From positions 54,234 through 118,233 of the forward strand of contig CACXYM010000002.1 of NCBI GenBank assembly GCA_902771935.1: 64,000 nucleotides of DNA. The letters are read 5' to 3'. This stretch comes from an uncultured Bacteroidales bacterium (GTDB lineage Bacteria > Bacteroidota > Bacteroidia > Bacteroidales > Paludibacteraceae). Shown here piece by piece: positions 8,266 to 19,808 of the stretch (the stretch's first letter is position 1; each line of letters starts with the position of its first letter). The position numbers and the translations under genes were made by a program. Under the pieces are notes generated by a model. It worked only from the letters and a program-made list of their open reading frames with translations, was not told where the DNA came from and ran no database searches.

Positions 8266-9613
8266 ATCCTTTCTTTTTATCCTCTACTTTGAGTGCGAGC
8301 GACAGGAAGAAGGCCAGTACACCGAAAGATGCAAAAACAATCATCGGCACAAGGTAGCCGTTCGTCATCACACGCAGTTTACCAATCAGCATTGGTACAA
8401 GGCAAAGACCTATATTTTGTACCCAGAAAATGAGGCAGTAAGCCGAGCCCAACACTTTCTCGTCGATAATCTTCGGCACGGAAGGCCACATAGACGCCGG
8501 CACAAGCGAGAAGCTGACACCAAGTATCAAAATAGTAACCAATGCAAGCCATTTATGCGGATAAGCAGGCAGAACAAATGCGAAGATACTATGGCAGGCA
8601 ATCATAATAATCGCGCCAAGCATCATCATTGAAGCACCCTTACCCTTGTTGTCAATAAACGCACCAAGGAAAGGCGTGAGTACCATCGCAAGAATAGGGA
8701 ACCACTTGAATAAACCTGCGGCTTCAGCATTCGAAATATCCAATGTCTCCTCCAGGAAGTTGGTTGCAAAACGCTGGAAGGGGAAGATAGCGGAATAGTA
8801 CAACACACAAAGGAGCGCCACAATCCAGAACATCTTTGATTGGAAAATCTGTCCGAGATCAGAGATATGGAATTCTTCTTCCGGATCTTTGGTGTCAGTA
8901 GATTCTCCGAGAGCAACAAGCTGCTTGTCAAACTTGTTATCCATCACGCAGAAGACAAGATAATTGAGCAAACCTACTACGAGCAACAAACCGGAGAATA
9001 GGAAAGGAGCGGTAACCGAATCCAATCCGTCCACGCCGAAGCGTTGACTAATCAGCGGAGAGAAGAACATGGCAGCGAAAACGCCAATACGGGCAATAGA
9101 CATCTCTAACCCCATAGCCAGTGCCATCTCTTTGCCTTTAAACCACTTAGCAAGCACTTTGGAAACAGTAGTACCCGCCATCTCACAGCCGCAGCCGAAA
9201 ATCATAAAGCCAAACATAGCTATCTTAGCCGAACCCGGCATAGATGGCCACCATGAGTTGAGCCATACCATATCATTGGCACCGAACCACTCTGATATAC
9301 CGATGTACTTGATAGCAGCACCGATAACCATAAGCGATGCAGACAAGGTTCCTGTGAAGCGTACTCCCATCTTGTCAAGGATAATACCGGCGAAGATGAG
9401 GAAGCCAAACACATTAAGCAGATATTCGCCGGCAGCATACGTGCCAAAAACACCCTGGTTCCAACCCAAATGCGGAGTTTTCTCCAACAAAGAAGCCAGC
9501 GGAGAAAGGATATCCACAAACATGTACGCGAAGAACATCATGGACGCCACCAAGACGAGGACTGTCCAACGCGCTACAGCACTTTCATTGAGTGCTTTTT
9601 GTATTCTTTCCAT
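8237..9613 (-). CDS. MFS transporter
   Basis: 458 aa with about 12 predicted TM helices and typical MFS loop spacing. Substrate not inferable. Confidence 0.8.
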   Translation of the reverse strand: MERIQKALNESAVARWTVLVLVASMMFFAYMFVDILSPLASLLEKTPHLGWNQGVFGTYAAGEYLLNVFGFLIFAGIILDKMGVRFTGTLSASLMVIGAAIKYIGISEWFGANDMVWLNSWWPSMPGSAKIAMFGFMIFGCGCEMAGTTVSKVLAKWFKGKEMALAMGLEMSIARIGVFAAMFFSPLISQRFGVDGLDSVTAPFLFSGLLLVVGLLNYLVFCVMDNKFDKQLVALGESTDTKDPEEEFHISDLGQIFQSKMFWIVALLCVLYYSAIFPFQRFATNFLEETLDISNAEAAGLFKWFPILAMVLTPFLGAFIDNKGKGASMMMLGAIIMIACHSIFAFVLPAYPHKWLALVTILILGVSFSLVPASMWPSVPKIIDEKVLGSAYCLIFWVQNIGLCLVPMLIGKLRVMTNGYLVPMIVFASFGVLAFFLSLALKVEDKKKGYGLELPNKK

Positions 9614-9691
9614 AACGTTTCTTATTTTTGAGCCATTCGAGTTTCCGTTTTTCGTACTCCTCGTAGTGCTTTTCGAGATAGCCGTCAGCCA

Positions 9692-10183
9692 TTACTTAAT
9701 ACCTAATTCCTTACGAACAGCCGGAGAAGCATCCACAGCGTTATCTGCTATATACACGAGCGCAGCGGAATCAAAAATATAAGTATATCCTTCGCGGGCA
9801 CCCACAGCCTTGATAGCCTTTGTGAGCTTCTCGTGAACCGGAGCTAACAGTTCCTGCTGTTTCTTTTGAATGTCCTGTTCAGCAGTCTGATAGAAAGTTT
9901 GAATACGAGCCTGCATCTCTTGCAACTCTTGCTGACGCATCTGTTTGATACCGTCAGGCAGCGTAGCTTCGTTCGCCTGATAGTCCTGATACTTCTTCTG
10001 GAGTTCCTCCTGCATCATGGTAAGTTGGTTCTCATACTGCGATTGGATAGTGTCCATTTGAGTTTTCACTTTTGCCACTTCAGGCATCTGTTGGAATAGT
10101 TCAGTCGTGTTGACATGACCATACTTTTGCGCGCTAACCATCATCGGTAACACAAGCGCCAAGATAACTAAAATCTTTTTCAT
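9692..10183 (-). CDS. OmpH/Skp family periplasmic chaperone
   Basis: Signal peptide followed by Q/E/K-rich coiled-coil arms; located downstream of bamA. Confidence 0.85.
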   Translation of the reverse strand: MKKILVILALVLPMMVSAQKYGHVNTTELFQQMPEVAKVKTQMDTIQSQYENQLTMMQEELQKKYQDYQANEATLPDGIKQMRQQELQEMQARIQTFYQTAEQDIQKKQQELLAPVHEKLTKAIKAVGAREGYTYIFDSAALVYIADNAVDASPAVRKELGIK

Positions 10184-10245
10184 ACGTATACTTAAATTTA
10201 TTATATTGTTTACGAATTAATCCGTTTTCTACAAATACTGTGCCA

Positions 10246-10764
10246 TTACCTTGCTCCGAGTTTCTGGAGCACTTTGTCCGATAAATCCAGTTTAGAAGAC
10301 ATATAGAGCAACGACGGGTCAGACGAACGATCTTTGACAATGTCAAGAAATTTCTCGTTGGCGATATCTTGAATGGCGGCATATATCTCGTCTTGAATGG
10401 GTTTAATCAGTGCCTCACGCTTCTTGAAGAGCTCACCCTCCGGACCAAAATACTTGCGTTGCAGTTCAAGAGCCTCATTCTCTTTAGCCACTATCTCTTC
10501 CTCGCGTTTACGCTTCATTTCATCCGAGAGGAAGATTTGCTCTGTCTGGTAGTTCGTAGCAAGGATACGCGCCTCCTGTTTGGCGGCATCTATCTCTTTC
10601 TGCCAACGTTTGGAGATAAGAGTCAATTGTTCGTTAGCTGACTCGTAAGAAGGCAGGTTCTTGAGGATATACTGCATGTCGATATAGGCGACATTGAGGT
10701 CTTTCGCCTGTGATGGCATAACCAAAGATACCATAAGGATAATAATCAAACCTAATTTCTTCAT
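10246..10764 (-). CDS. OmpH/Skp family periplasmic chaperone
   Basis: Signal peptide followed by a coiled coil; second copy after bamA, as is usual in Bacteroidota. Confidence 0.85.
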   Translation of the reverse strand: MKKLGLIIILMVSLVMPSQAKDLNVAYIDMQYILKNLPSYESANEQLTLISKRWQKEIDAAKQEARILATNYQTEQIFLSDEMKRKREEEIVAKENEALELQRKYFGPEGELFKKREALIKPIQDEIYAAIQDIANEKFLDIVKDRSSDPSLLYMSSKLDLSDKVLQKLGAR

Positions 10765-10775
10765 AGTGTTTATTA

Positions 10776-13436
10776 TTATAACTCTTGTCCAAGTACGAAA
10801 TGGAACTGACTTCCACCATACTGTTTAGAGCCGTTAATTTCATCAAATCCCCAACCCCAATCGACACCAAGCAAACCGAACATTGGCAGGAAGACGCGCA
10901 CACCGACACCAGCACTACGTTTGAGGTTGAATGGGTTATAATCTTTTATGTCGGCAAAGCAGTTACCAGCCTCGAGGAAGCCCAATACCCATATATTAGC
11001 CGACTGCTGCAACATAATCGGATAACGCAACTCCAAGGTAAACTTATTATATACATAACCCATGTTGCGTCCCGTTGCTACGTCATATGGCGTAAGCGAA
11101 CCGGACGAATAACCACGCATACCAATATAATCAGTTGCATACGTTGTGGAAGCGGACATACCGTCACCGCCCATGTAGAACGTCTCAAACGGTGACTTCA
11201 GGTTTTTATTGAAGTGACCGAGATAGCCAAACTCCGCACGCGTCATCAGCACAAGCTTACTATCGCGCGATAACGGGGTAAACACTTTCGCCGTAAACTT
11301 CCACTTGTGGTACTCAATGAGGTGATACTTCTCGTTGTTATCCATTGCGGCATAGTCCTTGTCCGGGAAGAAGAGCGACCACGGGGGCGTAATCTTCAGG
11401 CCGAGCGAGAAATACGAACCACGGCGGGTATAAATTGGGTTGTCAATAGACGAGCGGTATAACTGCAAATTGAGCGTTAACGCATGACTGAAACCGTCCG
11501 AGATAAGCAAGTACGGCCAGTTTTTCATCATGTACATTTGGTACCCCAATTCGCCGTAGAACTGGAAATAATCGTCCGGCCAGCGCAGACGCTTACCATA
11601 ACCTACCGTCACACCGAAGATGCGCTGGTACTTATCCGGATCAGCCTCAGATTCCTGCAATTGCTGGTAGTAATTGGAGTTGCCGGAATAGTAGTAATAG
11701 TTGGAATAAGTGTTATACAGGTTTTGATAAGCCTGATAGTAACGGTTGGAATATCCGGTTTGCGAAACGAAATAAACACTCGTTTGCAGCATGTTCGGCC
11801 GCTTACCTCCAAGCCACGGCTCCATAAAGGAAAGCGCCACCTGCGTATAGTAAACACCGTTCGTGCGGGCGCTGATAGAGAAAGTCTGTCCTTCACCTTG
11901 CGGCACGATACGATAAGACTTCTTGTTGAACAGGTTCTGGATAGCGAAGTTAGTAAACTTCAAACCGAGCGAACCAATCAATCCGGTAGCACCCCAACCG
12001 AGTGAGAACTCAATCTGGTCAGAAGACTTGGTTTGCAACTGGTAGGTGATATCTACCGTGCCGTCTTCCGGATTAGGCTGAATATCTGGTACGAGTTTCT
12101 CCGGGTCAAAGTGTCCCATCTGTGCCAACTCGCGGAGCGAACGCATAATATCAGATTGGGAATATAACTGACCCGGTTTAGTATATAACTCACGGCGTAC
12201 TACATGTTCGTAAACACGAGTGTTACCGACGATATCAATACGATTGATTGTAGCCGGTTTACCTTCGTACATACGCATCTCGAAGTCGATTGAATCATTC
12301 TCCACAGCCACTTCTATAGGCTGCACATTAAAGAAGAGATAACCGCGGTCATTATACAGTTTAGCCACTGCATCATCATCTTCTTGCAAACGTTCGTTGA
12401 GCAATTTGAGATTGTACGTGTCACCCTTCTTGATACCGAGCGTCATATCCAACAGTTCGTACGGATAAACGGTATTACCGACCCAAGTGATATTGCGGAT
12501 ATAGTATTTATCACCTTCGCTAATGGTCATGTACACATCCACGCGGGTCGGGTCATCCGGATTGGGCACTACGCTGTCCGAAACGATATACGCATCGCGA
12601 TAACCAATCTCATTATACTTGGCGATAACGGCATCCTTATCCTTCTCATATTCCTCAGTAACGAACTTTTTCGTGCGGAAGAGGTTAGTAATGTGGTTAT
12701 CGTTGGTCTTCTTCATGGCACGGTTAATCTGTGTATGCGTTAACGCCTCATTACCCGTAATGTAAATCTTCGCCACTTTGGTCTTGGCTTTTTTGTCCAC
12801 ATTGATGATGACCTTCACATAACCTGGTTTATCGCGGTCAGGGAACTCTACCACCTGCACTTCGGCGTTGTGGAAGCCCTTGCCGGCAAAGAATTTCTTA
12901 ATAACTGTTTTAGCGCGGTCGCGGAGGTTAGGTGTCATTTGATTACCTTTCGCAATACCCACTTTAACTTCCAAATCATCTTTCTCACTTTTCTTGAGGC
13001 CATTATACACCACTTCGGAAACACGTGGACGAGGTGTAAGCGCTATCTCAAGCCAAACCTTGCCGGCTTCCATCTTAGTGGCCCTGATCTTCACATCTGA
13101 GAAGAGTCCTTGTTTCCAGAACCGTTTGAGCGATTTGGTTATCTGCGGACCAGGAATCTCTATTTTGTCCCCTACTGCGAGTCCGGAGAAACCGATAATA
13201 ACGAAATCCTCATAATTGTCAGCACCTGTGACGGTAATACCTGCAATCTCATAACTCTTGCGAGTGGTGGAATATTCCACCTCCGGTACGTTTTCCATCA
13301 CCTGTTCCGGCTGGAGCAGCATCGCGGTATCCACTACGGCAGAGTCCACAGACAGAGAGTCTATCTGTTGCGCAAAGGTAGCGTAAGGTATGCTAAATGC
13401 GATAAGGCAAATAATATGTTTAATGAATCTGTTCAC
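10776..13436 (-). CDS. bamA: Outer membrane protein assembly factor BamA
   Basis: GTG start; 886 aa; signal peptide, POTRA repeats, and an Omp85 barrel ending FHFVLGQEL. Confidence 0.95.
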   Translation of the reverse strand: MNRFIKHIICLIAFSIPYATFAQQIDSLSVDSAVVDTAMLLQPEQVMENVPEVEYSTTRKSYEIAGITVTGADNYEDFVIIGFSGLAVGDKIEIPGPQITKSLKRFWKQGLFSDVKIRATKMEAGKVWLEIALTPRPRVSEVVYNGLKKSEKDDLEVKVGIAKGNQMTPNLRDRAKTVIKKFFAGKGFHNAEVQVVEFPDRDKPGYVKVIINVDKKAKTKVAKIYITGNEALTHTQINRAMKKTNDNHITNLFRTKKFVTEEYEKDKDAVIAKYNEIGYRDAYIVSDSVVPNPDDPTRVDVYMTISEGDKYYIRNITWVGNTVYPYELLDMTLGIKKGDTYNLKLLNERLQEDDDAVAKLYNDRGYLFFNVQPIEVAVENDSIDFEMRMYEGKPATINRIDIVGNTRVYEHVVRRELYTKPGQLYSQSDIMRSLRELAQMGHFDPEKLVPDIQPNPEDGTVDITYQLQTKSSDQIEFSLGWGATGLIGSLGLKFTNFAIQNLFNKKSYRIVPQGEGQTFSISARTNGVYYTQVALSFMEPWLGGKRPNMLQTSVYFVSQTGYSNRYYQAYQNLYNTYSNYYYYSGNSNYYQQLQESEADPDKYQRIFGVTVGYGKRLRWPDDYFQFYGELGYQMYMMKNWPYLLISDGFSHALTLNLQLYRSSIDNPIYTRRGSYFSLGLKITPPWSLFFPDKDYAAMDNNEKYHLIEYHKWKFTAKVFTPLSRDSKLVLMTRAEFGYLGHFNKNLKSPFETFYMGGDGMSASTTYATDYIGMRGYSSGSLTPYDVATGRNMGYVYNKFTLELRYPIMLQQSANIWVLGFLEAGNCFADIKDYNPFNLKRSAGVGVRVFLPMFGLLGVDWGWGFDEINGSKQYGGSQFHFVLGQEL

Positions 13437-14157
13437 TTGTTTTGCCGAATCTGCGTTCGCGATGCTGGTAATCGACGATTGCTTTATAGAACTCCTCGGT
13501 CGTAAATTCCGGCCAGAGGCAATCGGTGAAATATAGTTCGGAATAGGCTAATTGCCAAAGCAGGAAATTGCTGATACGCAGTTCGCCACTGGTACGAATA
13601 AGCAAATCAGGATCCGGAATACCCTTGGTAGTCATCAGGTCGGAAACGAGTTCTTCGTTCACATCCTCCGGACGAAGCTCGCCTTTTTGGGCAGCCGTTA
13701 CGGCATTGCGCATGGCGTTTACAATCTCCCAACGGGCAGAATAACTCAACGCTATCACGAGACTTAGCCCTGTATTGCCGGCTGTCTGCTCAATGCAAGC
13801 GAGGAATTTCTTATGCGCTGCTTCCGGCAGACGATCCAAGTCGCCGATTGTGAGTAAACGCACATTATTCTTCATAAGCGTTGGCGTTTCTTTGGCTATC
13901 GTGTCAACAAGTAGCGTCATAAGTGCATCCACCTCTTCCTTTGGACGATTCCAGTTCTCAGTAGAGAACGTGTACAACGTCATATAACGCAATCCCAACT
14001 CAGCAGCAGCTTCGGTGATGTTGTGCACCACTTCCACGCCTTGTTTGTGCCCGAACATGCGAGCCAAGCCTTGTTTCTTTGCCCAACGACCATTGCCATC
14101 CATAATAATGGCTACGTGCTGAGGCAAGCGTTCTGATATGATTTGTTCTTTATACAT
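13420..14157 (-). CDS. uppS: Isoprenyl transferase (undecaprenyl-diphosphate synthase)
   Basis: [13 protein letters not shown] and [16 protein letters not shown] prefer ATG 14157. The ORF-track start at 14181 overlaps the upstream gene by 22 nt. Confidence 0.93.
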   Translation of the reverse strand: MYKEQIISERLPQHVAIIMDGNGRWAKKQGLARMFGHKQGVEVVHNITEAAAELGLRYMTLYTFSTENWNRPKEEVDALMTLLVDTIAKETPTLMKNNVRLLTIGDLDRLPEAAHKKFLACIEQTAGNTGLSLVIALSYSARWEIVNAMRNAVTAAQKGELRPEDVNEELVSDLMTTKGIPDPDLLIRTSGELRISNFLLWQLAYSELYFTDCLWPEFTTEEFYKAIVDYQHRERRFGKTSEQIH

Positions 14158-14159
14158 TA

Positions 14160-14834
14160 TCAATCCAAGCAATATTTGCAAATTTTCTTCTCTCTTCCAA
14201 ATTCAAAAACTATGCCAAGCATAAGTTGTCCGGTTAAATCTCCGTTCAAAAAGTTAGTTCCATTCAGCTTGTACGTATTACCCAATTTATCCACCTGCTC
14301 CAAATCATCCGCGAAATAGAGGTTATGCTGCCAAGCTAATTGGAGCTGCCATCTTTGCGCAAATTCCCACTTCACGCCCATTCCGAAAGGCAGATATGCT
14401 GCGGCTGTACCATAATTCAAACTATGCAAACCCACACCTATCCCCAGAAAGATATAGGGCGATATCTGTTTCACGCGACTATCGTATTGCAACCGGCCAA
14501 GGCGGAAAAAGTTAAACTCAGCCACCACATCCATGTTAATCAGCTTATTGGACCACAAAAAATCCGGCTCCTCAGGGATAGCGCCTTGTATCACTTGGTG
14601 CAACCCTTTGACTTGCAACGCCCAACGCCTGTCGAACTTATAACGTAAATGCCCACCATACACTTCGCGCACGTGCGAAAAAACATGCGTAGCAGCATCA
14701 CCCACATAATAGCCGCAACCGCCTTGCAGACCGAGCTCCCATTTATAGAGACGATCCTGGGCTGAGCTACTGACGCATAAGCCCAAAAAGGCAATCAAGA
14801 CCACTATATGTTTGCTATAATTTCCCTTTAGCAT
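14160..14834 (-). CDS. Outer-membrane beta-barrel protein (DUF6089-like)
   Basis: ATG 14834 gives [26 protein letters not shown] (the ORF-track start at 14846 is a TTG). Alternating beta-strand pattern; position upstream of uppS is typical. Confidence 0.6.
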   Translation of the reverse strand: MLKGNYSKHIVVLIAFLGLCVSSSAQDRLYKWELGLQGGCGYYVGDAATHVFSHVREVYGGHLRYKFDRRWALQVKGLHQVIQGAIPEEPDFLWSNKLINMDVVAEFNFFRLGRLQYDSRVKQISPYIFLGIGVGLHSLNYGTAAAYLPFGMGVKWEFAQRWQLQLAWQHNLYFADDLEQVDKLGNTYKLNGTNFLNGDLTGQLMLGIVFEFGREKKICKYCLD

Positions 14835-14869
14835 AGGCACACGCAACGAGCGCGTTCAAAATTAGCGCG

Positions 14870-14901
14870 CAAAGATACAACAAAAAAATGAATTACGCAA
14901 A
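14870..14901 (-). promoter_or_regulatory. Promoter: -33 TTTG / -7 TATCTTTG
   Basis: Boxes 20 nt apart; -7 box 36 nt upstream of ATG 14834. Confidence 0.65.
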
Positions 14902-14907
14902 AAAAGT

Positions 14908-16266
14908 TTACTTTTTTATCAAAAAACGGAACGCATCAGCTACTTTTGCCACTTCAATGAGTTCAATTCCTCCTTTTTTGCCGCGCAAATGCTGTCCCGC
15001 CGGAATAAGCATCCGCTTGAATCCAAGCTTCTCCGCTTCCTGAATACGTTGCTCTATACGAGCCACCGGGCGAATCTCTCCCGCCAATCCTACTTCACCG
15101 GCAACTGCTGTGTCTGCATCCAGCGCGATATCCATATTGGACGACAATACAGCCGCCAAAATGGCGAGGTCGATAGCAGGGTCATTCACTTTGATACCAC
15201 CGGCTATATTGAGAAACACATCTTTCTGCAACAGTTTGAATCCAACACGTTTTTCGAGCACGGCAAGCAGCATATTGAGACGTCTAACATCGAAACCTGT
15301 CGATGATCGTTGCGGCGTACCGTAAGCCGCGGAGGAGACAAGAGCCTGGACTTCGATAAGGAAAGGTCGTGCTCCTTCAACGGCCGCAGCAATAGCGATA
15401 CCGGACATGCCCTCACGATTTGTTGAAAGAAGCAGTTCAGAAGGATTGGTCACTTCTCGCAAACCGGCTTGCTGCATCTCATATATACCCAATTCCGACG
15501 TCGAACCAAAGCGGTTCTTCTGGGCACGCAGAATACGGTACATATAATGTTGGTCGCCTTCAAACTGCAGCACCGTGTCCACTATATGTTCGAGTACTTT
15601 TGGTCCTGCCAGCGCACCGTCCTTGTTGATATGGCCAATGATAATAAACGGGATATTGCTCTCTTTGGCGAACTGAAGAATGCGAGCAGCGCACTCTCTG
15701 ACTTGAGTCAGACTGCCAATAGTAGCATCCAATCCGTCAGTGGATATGGTTTGAATAGAGTCAATAACTACTATCTCAGGGTCGATTTCGCGCACATGGT
15801 CCAAAATGCGCTCAAGAGACGTCTCCGCCAATAAAAAGAGGTTCTGAGGTTGACCATCCAATCGTTCGGCACGCAACTTGATTTGTCGCGACGACTCTTC
15901 ACCACTGGCATATAGAGTTTTCCTATCTCCCTGCTGCATAAGCACTTGCAGTGCAAGAGTTGATTTACCTATACCAGGTTCGCCACCCAAAAGCACCAGA
16001 CTGCCAGGCACCAATCCACCACCGAGCACACGATTGAACTCACCATTATGCACATCTATTCGCGCCTCTTCCTGCGCCTCAATCTCTTGAATACGGACGG
16101 GTTTGGCAGCAGTGGTCTGTGCGGCACGAATCTTGCTGTTCGTCGCAGCCACAATCACCTCCTCTTCGTAGGTCCCCCACTCGCCGCAAACGGGACAACG
16201 ACCCAACATCTGCGGAGCTTTCGCACCGCAGGAAGAGCACACATATTGCACCGTTGATTTAGCCAT
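14908..16266 (-). CDS. radA: DNA repair protein RadA/Sms
   Basis: N-terminal CxxC...CxxC zinc finger, GGEPGIGKST, KNRFG, and a Lon-like C-terminal domain. Confidence 0.95.
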   Translation of the reverse strand: MAKSTVQYVCSSCGAKAPQMLGRCPVCGEWGTYEEEVIVAATNSKIRAAQTTAAKPVRIQEIEAQEEARIDVHNGEFNRVLGGGLVPGSLVLLGGEPGIGKSTLALQVLMQQGDRKTLYASGEESSRQIKLRAERLDGQPQNLFLLAETSLERILDHVREIDPEIVVIDSIQTISTDGLDATIGSLTQVRECAARILQFAKESNIPFIIIGHINKDGALAGPKVLEHIVDTVLQFEGDQHYMYRILRAQKNRFGSTSELGIYEMQQAGLREVTNPSELLLSTNREGMSGIAIAAAVEGARPFLIEVQALVSSAAYGTPQRSSTGFDVRRLNMLLAVLEKRVGFKLLQKDVFLNIAGGIKVNDPAIDLAILAAVLSSNMDIALDADTAVAGEVGLAGEIRPVARIEQRIQEAEKLGFKRMLIPAGQHLRGKKGGIELIEVAKVADAFRFLIKK

Positions 16267-17036
16267 TAGAATTCGAATGTTTTACGTTCCTCTGCCAGAC
16301 GGGTATTCGGGAAAACTTCCTGCGCCTCGTTGAGGAAGAGTTCGTGATCATCTACGCGCGCTGAAAAATGACCAATCAGCAGATTTTTTACTTCTGCGTC
16401 ACGCGCAATCATGGCAGCTTGACGGGCAGTTGAGTGAGTGGTCGTTTTGCAGCGAGCATCATGTTCGTCCGTATAAGTGGCTTCGTGATAAAGCAAGTCC
16501 ACACCACTAATCATCGGCACAATTTTAGGCGAATACATCGTGTCGGAGATATAGGCATAACGCCGCTGACCTTTCATTGTGAAAAGAAAACCACAAGTCG
16601 GCACCTTGTGCTTGAGTGGGATCGTCTCAACAGTGACGTTTCTATCCTCAAAGATAACAATCTGTTTACGCGGATTGATGTGATGGAAAATAACTTCAAA
16701 ACTCATCATATCACCACAGTGGTAGTCGATAAGCGGACGAAGCAGTTTTTCCAAGTCGGCATGGGCATAGATATGCAGAGGTTGCGTACGATTCATCATA
16801 CTCAGCGTTGAAAGCAAACCAATCAGTCCGAAACAGTGGTCACCGTGCAAGTGAGAGATAAAGACACAATAGAGCCTATTGGTCTTCAGTCCCATTTGAC
16901 GAATAGTCAGTTGCACACCCTCACCGCAATCAATTAAAAACGACTTGTCGTTGAGGGAGAGCATTTGTCCCGAAGGGCTGTTTTGGAAGGTCGGCAAAGC
17001 ACTTCCAGAGCCTAATATGGTTACCGAATCGGTCAT
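16266..17036 (-). CDS. RNase Z-like MBL-fold hydrolase
   Basis: LGSGSALPT...FLIDCGEGVQ...ISHLHGDHCFGLIGLL. At 256 aa it is shorter than canonical RNase Z. Confidence 0.7.
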   Translation of the reverse strand: MTDSVTILGSGSALPTFQNSPSGQMLSLNDKSFLIDCGEGVQLTIRQMGLKTNRLYCVFISHLHGDHCFGLIGLLSTLSMMNRTQPLHIYAHADLEKLLRPLIDYHCGDMMSFEVIFHHINPRKQIVIFEDRNVTVETIPLKHKVPTCGFLFTMKGQRRYAYISDTMYSPKIVPMISGVDLLYHEATYTDEHDARCKTTTHSTARQAAMIARDAEVKNLLIGHFSARVDDHELFLNEAQEVFPNTRLAEERKTFEF

Positions 17037-19015
17037 TTTAATGTATCCAATATGCCACGAATTTTATCGCCAAGAGCGGACTTGGTGCGAATATGCTCCA
17101 ACACTGCCATGACGAACGTATTACTCTCGAATGAACCGCGAACGGACTCAAAATCAGCACGTTGCTGACGCGCGTCTCCATCCACACCGAAACCAGTCTG
17201 CGAGTTCAGGTTAAACTCTTTGCGCGCATCGTTGTAAACCATTTGGTCAAGACCAACCACGGCTTTCTGCCAATCGTCCACTATGCGGCGTACTTCGTCC
17301 AATGTGATAGCAGCTATCGGATGGCCGATTACTGCTTCAATTCTGTCTGCGGCCCATGTCCACTCATATGTATAATAGTTCTTGTGCATATACACAAATC
17401 GTTCACGCACCTGCCCAAGCGTAAGTTGATCTTTCTCCAGTTCATCCAACAAGCGGGTCACTTCGGAACGTGGAGCAATAAGTCCTGCCAAATCAACCCA
17501 TTCGCCTTGTCCACTGGCCGTATCCGGAACAAGCACTTTACGCAAATCCTCTAAAGAATGTATCTTGTCTGCATTCTTCTCGATACGCGAGATAAGCGAA
17601 TTGCCAAGGAATTTCTGAATACCGATAGTGTACAACTCCATACCATGTACGAGAGCACTATTGCGAATCTTACAGTTCTTGTAGCCATAAACCTCTGTAT
17701 TCTCGCCGGATAGTGATTGCAGCTCCTTAAGAATCTCCAGGCCACGCCACATCTTCTGCACCGTATAAGGAGACAAGAGATTAAAGTTTATCTGGTCGAG
17801 CAAGTCCGGATCTTTGCGGTTGTCACGCTTCGGCCACTTCTGCGCATCACGAATCGTTCCTACCGTACGTAAATTAGCACCAGGCACAAGGAAAGACTCA
17901 GAGTTATTCTCTATCAGATACGAGAACGGAAGTTCTGATGTATCTGCATGATTCGTGTGCCTTCCCATCACAAGCGAGAACGCGCCTATACGCGAAGGCC
18001 ATAGTAAGTACGAGTCGGATGTCGTTTTCGCACCACGTTCTGCCACACCTTGGTGAATAGGACCGAGCTTGTACATATGATTGGACTGGTTGCTACCCGA
18101 ACCCGCATTTAAGAACGAGAACATACCGGCTATCAGCAAAGTAGATTTATGGTGCGTCACAGTATAAGGACCGGCAAAGATTGCGCAAGCCTCTCCGTGC
18201 ATGCCTTGACAGTTACTGAAAAAGAGCGACTCTCCAGCGGAATAGTGCTTATCAAAGATACAACCCTGTCCCACAAAACATTTATCCACAAGTGTAGAGT
18301 CATTGACTTCCACACCCGAACAGATAATGAAATCCGTACACTTGACACCCGAACCCAACTTAACCGGAGCAAAGCGGTTAGAGTTAATTGTTCCATTCTT
18401 CAGACGGGAGGTACCCATCAACTGCGCGCAATCGCCGATGCGCACATTCTTGATACTGCCGCAATTAAGAATGCGCACATTTTCACCAATCGTTCCGAAG
18501 TCAGCAGCATGCTCAGCAGCATAATCGTCAATGCGTTTCTCCAGATTAGCTATCATCTGCGGACGGTGACGATAAAGCGTCAACACGTACGCCAGACTCG
18601 CCGTCAACTCATTGAAAATAGGTATCTCGCGACCACCGCCTTCGTTCATCACAGGCACACGCACACCATTACCAAATGTAGTCATGCCGTCCACCAGAAT
18701 AGCATTCACGTTCTCTATGCACGTCTCTTTACCAATACGGTAATTGGCAATGTAATTGTGGATGTTGTACAGATGGCAGTCGTCACCTACTTCCACATTA
18801 TGCAACGTAGCGTGGAAAATACCGGAATGTACCTGCAAACCGCCGGGAAGTTCAAACTCCCGGTTAAAAACACCCAGTTTGCAATGACCTGAAAAACGGG
18901 TATCTTTCACATGGTCAGCGCAGAACGCATCCGCCACTTCCACTTGCATCCAGTCTTGAGCCGAGCAGTTTTGTGACTCCAACTGGGCTATTTCGGACTT
19001 AGTCAGTTGTCTCAT
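17033..19015 (-). CDS. DUF4954-like protein with left-handed beta-helix repeats
   Basis: 660 aa with hexapeptide-like repeats in the N-terminal two thirds. Size and N-terminus resemble the Bacteroidota DUF4954 family as I remember it; not verifiable here. Confidence 0.6.
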   Translation of the reverse strand: MRQLTKSEIAQLESQNCSAQDWMQVEVADAFCADHVKDTRFSGHCKLGVFNREFELPGGLQVHSGIFHATLHNVEVGDDCHLYNIHNYIANYRIGKETCIENVNAILVDGMTTFGNGVRVPVMNEGGGREIPIFNELTASLAYVLTLYRHRPQMIANLEKRIDDYAAEHAADFGTIGENVRILNCGSIKNVRIGDCAQLMGTSRLKNGTINSNRFAPVKLGSGVKCTDFIICSGVEVNDSTLVDKCFVGQGCIFDKHYSAGESLFFSNCQGMHGEACAIFAGPYTVTHHKSTLLIAGMFSFLNAGSGSNQSNHMYKLGPIHQGVAERGAKTTSDSYLLWPSRIGAFSLVMGRHTNHADTSELPFSYLIENNSESFLVPGANLRTVGTIRDAQKWPKRDNRKDPDLLDQINFNLLSPYTVQKMWRGLEILKELQSLSGENTEVYGYKNCKIRNSALVHGMELYTIGIQKFLGNSLISRIEKNADKIHSLEDLRKVLVPDTASGQGEWVDLAGLIAPRSEVTRLLDELEKDQLTLGQVRERFVYMHKNYYTYEWTWAADRIEAVIGHPIAAITLDEVRRIVDDWQKAVVGLDQMVYNDARKEFNLNSQTGFGVDGDARQQRADFESVRGSFESNTFVMAVLEHIRTKSALGDKIRGILDTLK

Positions 19016-19803
19016 TTTTGTAAATCAAGAAATATTCTTGTGAAAACACGTTTTGTATATTCCGGGAAGTCTCCGTTGGTGAGCCAGCCGTAATAACCTT
19101 TGTCACGGCGGAAGATATCTATTACGCGTTCGCCTTTGTACTTACCAAAGTTAAAACACTCTACTCCCTCATTGTCAAGAACAATCCGTCCAGCAAAGTC
19201 CGCATACTTCTGCGAGCCGGACGTGTATTCAGATAACTCGTTTACCGTAGTAGGAATGTCATATCGCTCCATTTGCGCCATCAGCACCTCGTAAGTAGCC
19301 ATCGTGTCCGCACATGCAGAATGCGCATCTGACAGGTCTTTGCCGCAATAAAACTTATAAGCTGCTGTCAAGTTGCGAGGCTCATTCTTGGTAAAAATAG
19401 TGAACACATCCACCATCTTCATCCGCTTGAGGTCGATAGCAACCTCTGTACGGGCAAACTCTTCCGCCAGCAAAGGCAAATCAAAATGGTTGGAGTTATA
19501 TCCCGCCAAGTCGCAGCCTTCCAGCACTTTAGCCACGTCAGAAGCAATCTGCTTAAACGTCGGGCAATTGGCCACATCCTCATCATAGATTCCATGAACA
19601 GCCGAAACTTCCTGCGGAATATGTTTCTGTTGCTCTACGCCCAGAATCATCTCCGTCGGCTTAACCCGATATGTCTTACTCTCCGACGAACCATTAGGAA
19701 AGAGTTTGTAGTAACTCAATTCCACAATGCGGTCGGTAGCGATGTTGATACCGGTCGTCTCCAAATCAAAGAAAACGAGCGGTCTACTTAAAACGAGTTT
19801 CAT
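19012..19803 (-). CDS. DnaQ-like 3'-5' exonuclease
   Basis: FFDLETTGINIATDRIVEL (Exo I), NSNHFDLPLL (Exo II), HSACADTMATYEVL (Exo III). Confidence 0.85.
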   Translation of the reverse strand: MKLVLSRPLVFFDLETTGINIATDRIVELSYYKLFPNGSSESKTYRVKPTEMILGVEQQKHIPQEVSAVHGIYDEDVANCPTFKQIASDVAKVLEGCDLAGYNSNHFDLPLLAEEFARTEVAIDLKRMKMVDVFTIFTKNEPRNLTAAYKFYCGKDLSDAHSACADTMATYEVLMAQMERYDIPTTVNELSEYTSGSQKYADFAGRIVLDNEGVECFNFGKYKGERVIDIFRRDKGYYGWLTNGDFPEYTKRVFTRIFLDLQK

Positions 19804-19808
19804 GCGAA

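Noticed and set aside
9069-9782. A 237-aa ORF antisense to the MFS transporter.
   Set aside because: It is a shadow ORF opposite a well-supported 12-TM transporter and crosses the transporter start and the intergenic region. It has no motifs.
18149-18892. A 247-aa ORF antisense to the DUF4954-like gene.
   Set aside because: It is a shadow ORF. The sense frame is part of a tightly overlapping operon.
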